Positions 9,464-18,737 of a stretch of 64,000 nucleotides of DNA are shown one piece after another. Numbering within the stretch: position 1 is the first letter of the stretch; the number at the start of each line of letters is the position of its first letter. The position numbers were made by a program, and so were the translations under genes. The stretch covers positions 704,001 to 768,000 of the forward strand of contig OZ257142.1 of assembly GCA_965279035.1 (NCBI GenBank), given 5' to 3'. The DNA is from Bacteroidia bacterium. GTDB taxonomy: Bacteria; Bacteroidota; Bacteroidia; M30B66. Below the pieces are notes generated by a model, which was not told where the DNA came from, ran no database searches, and saw only the letters and a list, made by a program, of their open reading frames with translations.

Positions 9464-10417
9464 ATGCCGCGTAATCGCTTTCAATTATATCCTCCCGCTT
9501 TACAAGATGCTGGTCCAACTCGGCGATTTATTTGGCTTTTGATTCTTTGCCTGATTGGAATCTCACTCGCTTCATTCATTTCTGTCGCTATTGGCAGTTT
9601 GGTTTTTGGTTTTTCTGCCACCGAACTAGCAGGGTTAGCAAGCAATCCCAATCAACCGGGTGCATTAAGCGTGTTGAAAATTAGTCAGCTGTTATCTTCA
9701 TGTGGAATATTCCTGTTTCCTCCAGTCATGCTCGTGTATTTGCAGGAAGTTCCCATTCGAAGAGGATTGTATTTATCGGGCAAACCAAACATGATTCTAT
9801 TCATATTGGCGATGCTGCTAATGTGGCTGCAACTGCCTATTATCAACCTATTAGCAGCCTTCAATAATCTACTTGTATTTCCAGAATTTCTAAAATCGTT
9901 AGGAGATTGGATGATGGCTCAAGAGATTCAAGCAGCTAAATTGACTGAGCTGTTTTTAACCATGTCGAGCCCGGTCGATTTTATTAGTTCCTTGCTCATC
10001 ATGGCATTGATTCCCGCTTTGGGAGAAGAGTTTTTATTTCGAGCTACGCTGCAGCCGATGTTTGTCAAGTGGACCGGAAAACCTCATCTCGCCATTTGGA
10101 TTACGGCTTTCGTTTTTAGTTTTATTCACTTTCAATTCTTTGGATTTCTTCCTCGTTTTCTGATAGGTGGATTTTTAGGATATCTCTTTTATTGGTCAGG
10201 TTCAATTTGGTATCCTTTTGCAGCACACTTTGCTAATAATGGCTTAGCTGTGTTTGTGTATTTCTTGCATCAACATAAGTTTATTCCATTCACTACCGAT
10301 AATTTGGGAGCAGGCGATTTTGCATACCTTCATGTCTTAATCGCTATTCTTATTCTTCCCTTTGGATTGTGGTTTTTTAAGCGCAAAAGCGATTCGGTAA
10401 AAAGTCAAACTGAATAA
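9464..10417 (+). CDS. CPBP family intramembrane glutamic endopeptidase (CAAX protease-like)
   Basis: EEFLFR, FSFIH, HFANN motifs; multiple TM helices. Confidence 0.92.
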   Translation: MPRNRFQLYPPALQDAGPTRRFIWLLILCLIGISLASFISVAIGSLVFGFSATELAGLASNPNQPGALSVLKISQLLSSCGIFLFPPVMLVYLQEVPIRRGLYLSGKPNMILFILAMLLMWLQLPIINLLAAFNNLLVFPEFLKSLGDWMMAQEIQAAKLTELFLTMSSPVDFISSLLIMALIPALGEEFLFRATLQPMFVKWTGKPHLAIWITAFVFSFIHFQFFGFLPRFLIGGFLGYLFYWSGSIWYPFAAHFANNGLAVFVYFLHQHKFIPFTTDNLGAGDFAYLHVLIAILILPFGLWFFKRKSDSVKSQTE

Positions 10418-11626
10418 ATGGGCACTAATTACATCGCACTTTCGGTTCCGGTCTTTTTTGTGTTGATTGGATTAGAGCTAGCTTGGTCGGCTTGGAAAGG
10501 ATTGAAGCTCTATAGTTTAAGCGATGCGATTTCCAATATTAGTTGTGGAATTGGACAGCAATTAACTGGAATCTTTTTCAAAACAGCCTTGTTCTTTTTC
10601 TACTACTGGCTTTTCAATCATGTTCGGGTTTATACTATTCCTCAAACCGGAATGTGGTGGGTGATTTTATTTGTCGCGGTCGATTTTTGCTACTACTGGT
10701 TTCATCGGTTAAGTCATGAGATAAATGCTATTTGGGCAACTCATATCGTTCATCACCAAAGTGAAGAATACAATTTAACGGTTGCTTTAAGACAATCTTG
10801 GTTTCAAGGTTTTTTCTCTTCGCTATTCTATCTGCCGCTTGCTATAATTGGGTTTGATCCATTAATGACCATCACAGTTATTGCTTTCAACACCTTGTAT
10901 CAATTCTGGATTCACACCGAGCTAATCCGAAACATGGGTTGGTTCGAATATATTTTCAACACACCATCTCATCATCGCGTACATCATGGAAGCAATCCCG
11001 AATACATTGATAAAAACCACGCAGGTACGCTCATCATTTGGGATCGACTATTCGGAACCTTCGAACCCGAAAAAGCACCAGTTGTATACGGAATCACAAC
11101 ACCATTGCAGAGCTGGGATCCTTTCAAAGCAAACTTTCATTATTGGTCCGATTTGATTCAAATTGCTAAACGGAGTCATCGTTTTAGCGATAAATTGTTC
11201 GTATTCGTTGCTCCACCCGGTTGGAAACCAAAAGAATTAGGTGGGCGAGAATATGCTAAACCGGTAAGTCGAAACCTGTTTCACAAATTTCAGGTGCTCA
11301 TTCCTAATAAGTTGTCGGTGTATGTATTAGTTCAATTTGCTGTGGTATTAGGAGCATCGTCGTTTATGCTATTTCAATCGGTCAATTTTAACATCATTGA
11401 CTTGCTTTTACCTATTTCCATTTTGCTTTTTTCATTACTCAGTTTCGGGCGTTTGTTAGAAGCTCAATCCTATGCCCGTATAATCGAAATAATACGATTG
11501 TTAATTCTCCCCGTTGGAGTTTTAGCTTTGGGATTTCCACCTCTGGCCATCGGAATTGCTGGAGTTTTTAGTCTATTATCGGGTGTGATTATCTATTCGA
11601 TTTTATCACCTAATCGACGTGTTTAA
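10418..11626 (+). CDS. Sterol desaturase/fatty acid hydroxylase family protein, alkylglycerol monooxygenase-like
   Basis: Eight-His di-iron motifs HRLSHE, HIVHH, QFWIHT, HHRVHH plus C-terminal TM extension. Confidence 0.88.
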   Translation: MGTNYIALSVPVFFVLIGLELAWSAWKGLKLYSLSDAISNISCGIGQQLTGIFFKTALFFFYYWLFNHVRVYTIPQTGMWWVILFVAVDFCYYWFHRLSHEINAIWATHIVHHQSEEYNLTVALRQSWFQGFFSSLFYLPLAIIGFDPLMTITVIAFNTLYQFWIHTELIRNMGWFEYIFNTPSHHRVHHGSNPEYIDKNHAGTLIIWDRLFGTFEPEKAPVVYGITTPLQSWDPFKANFHYWSDLIQIAKRSHRFSDKLFVFVAPPGWKPKELGGREYAKPVSRNLFHKFQVLIPNKLSVYVLVQFAVVLGASSFMLFQSVNFNIIDLLLPISILLFSLLSFGRLLEAQSYARIIEIIRLLILPVGVLALGFPPLAIGIAGVFSLLSGVIIYSILSPNRRV

Positions 11627-11648
11627 TTCTTTATAAACCCTTGGCAGG

Positions 11649-12239
11649 ATGAGAAAAGTTAAGGCTGCTATCAATATGACGTTGGATGGATTTTGTGATC
11701 ACACAGCCATCAATCCAGACGAAGAAATTCATCAACATTATACCAATCTGTTGAATGAAGGAGATGTAATTCTTTACGGAAGAATAACCTATCAATTGAT
11801 GGAATTCTGGCAGCCCATGGTGAAAAATCCTACAGGTGAAAAATCGATGGATGACTTTGCTCAAGCGATTGACAAAATCTCCAAGCTCGTTTTTTCACAT
11901 ACCTGGAATAAAAGCGAAACAAAAACTCTCAGTTGGGAGAGTGCCAAGTTGGCAAAAGGAACTCTCGAAGAAGCAGTGAATGCTCTCAAGCAGCAATCAG
12001 GAAAGGACATTTTTGTCGGTTGCAGGAGCTTAATTATTCAGCTATTAAAACTGAATTTATTGGATGAATTACAGCTTTGTATTCACCCAGTAATCGTAGG
12101 AAATGGCCTTCCATTATTTGAAAACCTCCATGAGAAGAAAATGCTGAAACTCTCTCATACAAAAGTCTTTGGTTCGGGTGGGTTATTCTTACCTACAAAC
12201 CGGAAAAATAAACACTCAAATTTTAAAGATTTCAGATAA
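11649..12239 (+). CDS. Dihydrofolate reductase family (RibD C-terminal-like) protein, apparent C-terminal frameshift
   Basis: MTLDGF, GRITY, LLDELQLCIHPVIVGNGLPLF; a family-like C-terminal strand VILTYKPEK* lies in another frame (12182-12211). Confidence 0.85.
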   Translation: MRKVKAAINMTLDGFCDHTAINPDEEIHQHYTNLLNEGDVILYGRITYQLMEFWQPMVKNPTGEKSMDDFAQAIDKISKLVFSHTWNKSETKTLSWESAKLAKGTLEEAVNALKQQSGKDIFVGCRSLIIQLLKLNLLDELQLCIHPVIVGNGLPLFENLHEKKMLKLSHTKVFGSGGLFLPTNRKNKHSNFKDFR

Positions 12240-12244
12240 TCCTT

Positions 12245-12673
12245 ATGAGCATCGAAGAACAAATCAAGCAGTATATAGAAAGTCAACCAGAACCCAAACG
12301 TAGTGAACTAGCGGCATTGCATCATAGAATGCTTGAGCTAATGCCGCATAGTAAATTGTGGTTTTTGGATGGTAAAAACTCTGAAAACAAAGTAGTTTCT
12401 AATCCCAATATCGGGTATGGAATGATCACGATGAACTACGCTGGTGGAAAAACCAGGGAGTTTTATCAACTAGGATTAAGTGCTAATACTACTGGTATCT
12501 CGGTGTATGTTATGGGCATAGATGATAAAAAGTATCTAGCTCAGCTACTTGGAGATCGGCTTGGAAAGGCTAGTGTGAGTGGATATTGCATCAAGTTCAA
12601 ATCACTGAAAGACATCAACCAAGAAGTATTGGAAGAAACAATTCGACTTGTGGTTAAACAAGGAAAATATTGA
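12245..12673 (+). CDS. DUF1801 domain protein
   Basis: VVSNPNIGYG, FYQLGLSANTTGISVY, GKASVSGYCIKFK pattern. Confidence 0.8.
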   Translation: MSIEEQIKQYIESQPEPKRSELAALHHRMLELMPHSKLWFLDGKNSENKVVSNPNIGYGMITMNYAGGKTREFYQLGLSANTTGISVYVMGIDDKKYLAQLLGDRLGKASVSGYCIKFKSLKDINQEVLEETIRLVVKQGKY

Positions 12674-12724
12674 TGTGTGAATGATTGATTCAGCTTTCTT
12701 TATTTAGCTAGAGCGGAAATGGAA

Positions 12725-12770
12725 ATGCTCAGGAAGAATTCCAGAATGAACGGAACTCTTACCTGAGCAT
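12725..12770. terminator. Hairpin between convergent genes (terminator or 3' stabiliser)
   Basis: atgctcaggaagaattcc ... ggaactcttacctgagcat imperfect inverted repeat; no clear U tract. Confidence 0.6.
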
Positions 12771-12795
12771 CAACACCATTCTCTCAAAAACGCTT

Positions 12796-13533
12796 TTAGT
12801 TTTTGATAAAACTCAGGCTTGTGTTCTGAGTTTCACTGAGCAGTAAAATGGTGTATAAACCGGGAGATAGGTTTTCAATAGCTACCTTTTCTGTATTACT
12901 CGAAATTGATTTATTGAGAACTACTTTTCCTTGAATATCATAAATCACCAAATGAGTATAATCTGTTATTCCGCTTAATTGAATTTCTTCATTTGCGGGA
13001 TTAGGAAATAGCTGCAAGCCATCCAATTTTTTCAATTCTGAAATACCCAAAACAGTCCCATCATAGTAAAAAGATGTACTTATTGGAACACTACGTATTT
13101 GCTCATTATCTACAAAACTGATAGAAATCTGATGGTTACCGATAGCTATTCCACTCACAGGTAAGCCCAAAGAATAAGCTTCTCCCTGACTAGGAGTTAA
13201 ACTCATGTATTCTTTTGTGCTGTAGTCGTTATCGTACCAATATTCAACGCCTACAATCTCATTATTTCCTTTGACAAACGGACTACTCACCGGTACCGAC
13301 CATCTACCATCGCTACTTTGTGTGTGAAACCAAAATATATGATTGCCTTGACTAAGTGTTCCTGTATTAATAGACGCATTGATATTAACCGTTGTTCCAC
13401 CCGAAATACTCACATTCGTGCGATTGGCATAATCCATATCAAACCAATATTCATAAGCAGTCATGGTTTGAGCAAAACTTCCTATGCTGGCTGCTAGCGC
13501 AACAATTAGGAACATTACTGATTTCGCTTTCAT
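12796..13533 (-). CDS. T9SS type A sorting domain protein with two YEYW(F/Y)DxD repeats
   Basis: Signal peptide ending FA-Q; YEYWFDMDY and VEYWYDNDY; CTD LFPNPA..IYDIQGK..LSPGLY..FIKN. Confidence 0.88.
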   Translation of the reverse strand: MKAKSVMFLIVALAASIGSFAQTMTAYEYWFDMDYANRTNVSISGGTTVNINASINTGTLSQGNHIFWFHTQSSDGRWSVPVSSPFVKGNNEIVGVEYWYDNDYSTKEYMSLTPSQGEAYSLGLPVSGIAIGNHQISISFVDNEQIRSVPISTSFYYDGTVLGISELKKLDGLQLFPNPANEEIQLSGITDYTHLVIYDIQGKVVLNKSISSNTEKVAIENLSPGLYTILLLSETQNTSLSFIKN

Positions 13534-13552
13534 AATTTCTATAGCTAAGCGA

Positions 13553-14641
13553 TTAATGACTTTGAGCTGATGTGGTGATATTCACATTCAGTAAACCATT
13601 TACAGTTGCAGGAGCGATGGTTTTGCTACTCACATGCGGATTATAGGGCACAATACCCAATTTCGCTGGATTAGCTCCTCCATAAATTCCACACTGTCCA
13701 CCAGCAATAGCAGCTGTTAAAGCTTCGCTACCAGCAACTAAGCGATAGTCATCACCATCTTCGTAGTTGTAATTTCCGTTTGTGTCAACAAAGAGGTTAG
13801 TTACATTGGCTGTACACGAATTGACTACTGTTGGATTTGAACCTGAACCACCTACAGGAATTGTTGCATGAGAGAAGACGCAATGATCGAATACATTGCC
13901 GTCGTTCATATATCCTCCAAGTAGATTAGCATTCGCGGCATCCCAAAAAATGCAACTATTGAACGAACATCCTGAGTTTTGAGAAATAGCATCTCCATCT
14001 ATCGTTGCCCAGAAAACACAGTTGTTAAACGTATACGCTCCCGTCCGCAGTCTAAATAATCCTTTGGCGAATAAGCAATTATCAAAGGTTATATTGGATG
14101 TTGCATTGGGTGTAAATCCATTTCCATTGACATACGTATTGAAGATGCACTCTTGGAAACGGTAATTGAGTTGTGATCCAGCGTAATTCGAGTTGTAGCT
14201 AAGACTTATATAGTCGCTCATAAACATACAGCGACTGAAAGTTACTAAGCTGATGTTTCCTGCATAGTCACAATCGTTCAAACGAAATCCTCCAAAATTA
14301 ATTCCGCTAAATGTGGAACCGCCTGCTGCTGGATGAATAGTAAATGAAATAGAATTTACATCAGTTGGAGTTATTTTAGTATAACCAGTTGCAATAGTAG
14401 AATCAGAATTTACTCCGGCACCAATCCATTGTAAGCGTTTGTCTACCGAATAGGAACTAAACTGAAACGTGTTACCTGACAAATAAAGAATATCGTCGTT
14501 TTGAGCATCAGCATATGCTGTGTCGAGGTTTGTATAAACTTCTCCCGAACCAGATGAAGGTGTGTAACGTAAAATGCTTTGTGCCGAAGCAGAAAATAAG
14601 CTTAACGAAAAGCTTAGAAATAAAAGTCCAATTTTTTTCAT
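13553..14641 (-). CDS. Secreted hypothetical protein, probable right-handed beta-helix
   Basis: ATG at 14641 (MKKIGLL..ASA-Q); repeated FxxCxF/NCVF turns; DYRLVAGS..A..GIYGG tail; no type A CTD. Confidence 0.7.
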   Translation of the reverse strand: MKKIGLLFLSFSLSLFSASAQSILRYTPSSGSGEVYTNLDTAYADAQNDDILYLSGNTFQFSSYSVDKRLQWIGAGVNSDSTIATGYTKITPTDVNSISFTIHPAAGGSTFSGINFGGFRLNDCDYAGNISLVTFSRCMFMSDYISLSYNSNYAGSQLNYRFQECIFNTYVNGNGFTPNATSNITFDNCLFAKGLFRLRTGAYTFNNCVFWATIDGDAISQNSGCSFNSCIFWDAANANLLGGYMNDGNVFDHCVFSHATIPVGGSGSNPTVVNSCTANVTNLFVDTNGNYNYEDGDDYRLVAGSEALTAAIAGGQCGIYGGANPAKLGIVPYNPHVSSKTIAPATVNGLLNVNITTSAQSH

Positions 14642-14784
14642 GACAATGAGTGTTAGGAATGAATGACACAAATTGACGGCATTCAACTAACCCTATCAAT
14701 AATCAATTTGTATTAGTGCTGAATTCTGATGTAAACCATTCCCCGAAATCCAATAGATTTATCTCTCGTTAATTTCCGGAACAG

Positions 14785-16716
14785 GTGATAAGAGTTCTAT
14801 TGATACTTTTTATTTGCTTGACTTTAATTCCAGTTGAATTAGATGCTCAAAGTCCTGCTATTGATACCCTATTAAATAAAATTCGATTCAGCAGAAATGA
14901 ATCCGAAAAACTCGATTTAGTGCTGGCTTTATGTCGCCGAAACGATACACACATCGACACATTTAATAGATATGCATTTATCGCTCGCGATTTAGCTTCA
15001 CTTTCGAACGATCCAGTCAAAATTGCTTATGCTCAATACAATGTAGCGTACGCTTATTATTTCTCCAATGCGAACGACAGCGCCCGAATTGTTATAGATG
15101 AAGCATTAAAAAACCTTTCGTTAAAAAATCCCGAACAACGAAAAATCTACTACAAACTAAAAGGCTTCAAAGCCACCACCTATCAAGGACAACGTAAGAA
15201 TTCCGAAGCACTTCAATTGCTGTATCCTTTGCTAACAGAGGCTGAGGAGAATAGCGACAGCTTATACATTGCTCAAACAATGCATCAAATTGCCGTTATC
15301 GAAGGTCAACAAACTAATCCTCAAAAACTCATCGCATGGGAGCAAAAAGCCTTGAAAGTTTTACCTCTAAGTGATACGGTTTCGCGCATTATATCTGCAA
15401 CCATCTATGCTACGTTAGGCAAAGCCTATTTACAGCTTAATCAGCCTGATTTTGCTACGTTTTATCATCTCAAAGCCATCGAAATATTTCGTACAGAACA
15501 AGATTTATATAACCTCGGAGTAGTCCTTCTGCGTCAATCAAATGTTTACATCCAACAGAAAAAAGTAAATGAAGCCAAGAAGATTTTGGATGAGCTTTCA
15601 GCACTAAATGATCAAATAAAATTTGGAGAAGGTGATCTCAATTACTACCTCAGTTTTATTCAGTATTGGTTGCTCATAGGCGATTATGACAAGGTTATCA
15701 TCTCTTGTAAAGAACATCTTTATGGAGAGGATGTTAACCCAAACGAAAGCATTCGATTGTCCTATTTAAAATCGCTTGCTGATGCCTATAAAGCCAAGAA
15801 AAGCTGGGTAGATTATAGTCTTACAATAGAAGAATTTATTGCAGCGAAAGAGAGTTTTTATCAGGAAAATTCGGTTGAAGCCATGGCCGAAATGGAAACT
15901 AAATATGAGGTTCAGAAGAAGGAGAATCTCATCATTCAGCAAGAATATGATCTCGTTCGAAAAAACATTTTGTTTTATGGTTCACTGGCTCTCTTGGGAT
16001 TAGTTCTCCTTATCGGCTGGTTGATTTTCATCAATTACCGAAGGAAAAGTGAGTTGAAACTTTTTCTCATGCAAGAAGATGAGAAACGACATGCAATTCA
16101 AGCAGTGAAAGATGCCGAAGAGAAGGAACGTAAACGTATTGCAGCCGATTTACACGATAGCCTTGGAAGTTATGCCGCTAGCATAAAGGCAAATGCCGAT
16201 GAGATTTTACATAATACTTCTATCTCTAAATCAAGCTTAGAACTTTTGCAAACTAATTCTCAGCAAATGGTTGCCCTCTTGGGTGATACTATTTGGGCAT
16301 TAAGGAAAGAAAAGATGAATCTGAGTGATACAAGTGATCGTATTAAAGTCTTCCTAAATCGACTTCGACCTAATTATCCTCAAGTGAATATGCGTGTGCT
16401 GGAAGATTTACAGAACGACTGGGAATTTCAACCCAATCAAGCGTTTCACATTTTTATGATTGTTCAAGAAGCTGTCAATAATGCTCTCAAGCACAGTCAG
16501 GGAAACGAAGTTAAGATTTGCATAACGAGTAAGGAAAACTGGGAAATTCTAATTAGTGATAATGGTCATGGGTTTAGCAAAACGGAATCTTTAGGTGATT
16601 GTGGAAATGGTTTGGCAAACATGCAAATTCGCTCTGAGAATATAGGGTGTTCAATACATTGGAAGCAATTAAGTCCTTCTGGAACTGAAGTATCAATTCG
16701 CCCTACTACAAATTAG
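14785..16716 (+). CDS. TPR-containing membrane sensor histidine kinase (HisKA_3 type)
   Basis: Periplasmic helical/TPR region, one TM, ERKRIAADLHDSLG H-box, QEAVNNALKHS, DNGHGF, GNGL. Confidence 0.93.
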   Translation: MIRVLLILFICLTLIPVELDAQSPAIDTLLNKIRFSRNESEKLDLVLALCRRNDTHIDTFNRYAFIARDLASLSNDPVKIAYAQYNVAYAYYFSNANDSARIVIDEALKNLSLKNPEQRKIYYKLKGFKATTYQGQRKNSEALQLLYPLLTEAEENSDSLYIAQTMHQIAVIEGQQTNPQKLIAWEQKALKVLPLSDTVSRIISATIYATLGKAYLQLNQPDFATFYHLKAIEIFRTEQDLYNLGVVLLRQSNVYIQQKKVNEAKKILDELSALNDQIKFGEGDLNYYLSFIQYWLLIGDYDKVIISCKEHLYGEDVNPNESIRLSYLKSLADAYKAKKSWVDYSLTIEEFIAAKESFYQENSVEAMAEMETKYEVQKKENLIIQQEYDLVRKNILFYGSLALLGLVLLIGWLIFINYRRKSELKLFLMQEDEKRHAIQAVKDAEEKERKRIAADLHDSLGSYAASIKANADEILHNTSISKSSLELLQTNSQQMVALLGDTIWALRKEKMNLSDTSDRIKVFLNRLRPNYPQVNMRVLEDLQNDWEFQPNQAFHIFMIVQEAVNNALKHSQGNEVKICITSKENWEILISDNGHGFSKTESLGDCGNGLANMQIRSENIGCSIHWKQLSPSGTEVSIRPTTN

Positions 16717-16754
16717 TTATTTCTATTCTAGTTGATTCTATTCATTTTTGATAC

Positions 16755-17447
16755 ATGATAACTCAGGAACGTAAAATCAAACTAGCACTCGCCGAAGATC
16801 AGGCAGTAAATCGAAATACGTTCATTCGGAAAGTGGATCAGATGGATGATTGTGAATTGGTTTTTATAGCTAATAATGGGAACGATTGTCTCGAAAAATT
16901 GAATGGTCTTCCCGAAAACAAGAAACCGGATGTCATTTTCATGGATATTGAAATGCCCGGTATGAATGGGATTGAGACGATTGCTCGTGCGCATCTTCTA
17001 TATCCATCCATCCATTTTTTGGTGCTTACAGTATTCGACGATGACGATAAAGTTTTTGAAGCAATAAAGGCTGGGGCAGAAGGCTATTTATTGAAACACG
17101 AAAGCGCACAAATACTAGAAGATGCAGTGCATAATGTACTTGAATTTGGTGGTGTTCCTATGAGTCCGGCAATTGCTCGAAAGGCGTTGAAGATGCTTCA
17201 ACGTTCTGAATATTATGAGTCGCATTTGCAACCCAAACATTCAAGTATTCCCGAAAATATTAGTGACCGAGAAACTGAAGTCCTCCAACTTATGGTTTCA
17301 GGAATGGATGCTAAAAGCATATCTGCTCATATGAACCTTAGCGTTCATACCGTTCGGAAGCACATTGCCAACGTGTACGAAAAACTACATGTTTGCTCCA
17401 AAGCTCAAATCATCAGCTTGGCTCATAAGCAAGGTTGGTTTCAGTAA
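16755..17447 (+). CDS. NarL/LuxR family response regulator
   Basis: AED, FMDIEMPGMNG, GYLLK, ISDRETEVL..HTVRKHIANVYEKL HTH. Confidence 0.95.
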   Translation: MITQERKIKLALAEDQAVNRNTFIRKVDQMDDCELVFIANNGNDCLEKLNGLPENKKPDVIFMDIEMPGMNGIETIARAHLLYPSIHFLVLTVFDDDDKVFEAIKAGAEGYLLKHESAQILEDAVHNVLEFGGVPMSPAIARKALKMLQRSEYYESHLQPKHSSIPENISDRETEVLQLMVSGMDAKSISAHMNLSVHTVRKHIANVYEKLHVCSKAQIISLAHKQGWFQ

Positions 17448-17454
17448 AGCAAGA

Positions 17455-18735
17455 TTATTTCGGCGTTTCGGCGCGACGTACAATCAAGCGTAATGCTCGT
17501 TCATACGTGAGGTAACTCCACATCCAATCTACAAACACAATTACCCGATTTCGGAATCCAGCCAACAACATTAAGTGCAAAAACATCCACACTAACCAGG
17601 CGAAAAATCCTCCGAAACTAAAGTTGGGCAAATCTACCACAGCTTTGTTCCGACCAACCGTGGCCATCGAACCGCTATCCTTGTATTGAAAGGGTTTCCA
17701 TGCTTTGCCATCGCTTAATCGTAGCAGGTTTTTAGCCAAATTGGTACCCTGTTGAACTGCCACTGGTGCAACCATAGGGAAACCTTTCGGCCTTTCCAAA
17801 GTAGCCATTCCAGCCGAATCTCCTATCGAATAAACAGAATCTGTTCCTGAAATTCGATTAAATTCATCTACCACATACCTATTTCCCTTGACGGATTCTT
17901 CCGGCAGCCCAGGAATGATGTATCCTTTCACTCCAGCCGACCAAACTAATGTATTGGATTCGAGTTCACTGAGATCACTAAAAACTACTTTCTGACCATC
18001 GTATTTCAATACAGCGACATTCAACAAAACTTCTACTCCTAGATTTTGCAAGTATTTGACAGCATTATTTCCCGATTTTTCCGACATGCCATTGAGCAAG
18101 CGCGATCCGGCTTCTACCAAATACACTCGCATTAGTTTGGGATCGAGTTCGGGATAATCGTGTGGCAGGACAAACTTCTTGAATTCAGCTAAAGCACCAG
18201 CTGTTTCAACGCCTGTTGGGCCACCTCCAACAATCACAAAGGTCATGTGTTGTTGTTTTTCCAACTGATTTGTCGAAAGAGTTGCTTTCTCAAATTCCTG
18301 AAGTATTTCACTTCTCAGATTTAAAGCTTCAGGGATGCTTTTCAGCGGCATGCCAAATCGTTCAATTTCGGTATTGCCAAAATAGTTCGATGTTGAACCC
18401 GTAGCTAAGATCAGATGGTCATAAGAAATAAATCCGGTTGAAGTTTCAAGTTGTTTCTTAATCGAATCAACTTTCTGTACTTCCGCCATACGAAAACGAA
18501 AATTCTTCTGATTCCGAAAAATTAATCGAAAGGGATAACCAATCGAATCTGCTCCCAAACCACCCGAAGCAACCTGATATAAAAGTGGCTGAAACGTATG
18601 GTAATTGTGCTTGTCAACTAAAGTTATATCGAACTCAGAATTTCGAAGTCGCTTGATGAGTTCTATTCCACCAAATCCACCGCCCACCACAACTAATTTT
18701 TGCTTTGGTTTGCTCGATGAATTTGTCGTTTCCAT
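17455..18735 (-). CDS. ndh: Type II NADH dehydrogenase (NAD(P)/FAD-dependent oxidoreductase)
   Basis: VVVGGGFGG, FQPLLYQVA, IVGGGPTGVE, APVAVQQG, GSMATVGR. Confidence 0.92.
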   Translation of the reverse strand: METTNSSSKPKQKLVVVGGGFGGIELIKRLRNSEFDITLVDKHNYHTFQPLLYQVASGGLGADSIGYPFRLIFRNQKNFRFRMAEVQKVDSIKKQLETSTGFISYDHLILATGSTSNYFGNTEIERFGMPLKSIPEALNLRSEILQEFEKATLSTNQLEKQQHMTFVIVGGGPTGVETAGALAEFKKFVLPHDYPELDPKLMRVYLVEAGSRLLNGMSEKSGNNAVKYLQNLGVEVLLNVAVLKYDGQKVVFSDLSELESNTLVWSAGVKGYIIPGLPEESVKGNRYVVDEFNRISGTDSVYSIGDSAGMATLERPKGFPMVAPVAVQQGTNLAKNLLRLSDGKAWKPFQYKDSGSMATVGRNKAVVDLPNFSFGGFFAWLVWMFLHLMLLAGFRNRVIVFVDWMWSYLTYERALRLIVRRAETPK

Positions 18736-18737
18736 AC

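Noticed and set aside
9464-10417. Abortive-infection defence gene (Abi-named domain)
   Set aside because: Ordinary CPBP membrane protease in a housekeeping context with no defence neighbours.
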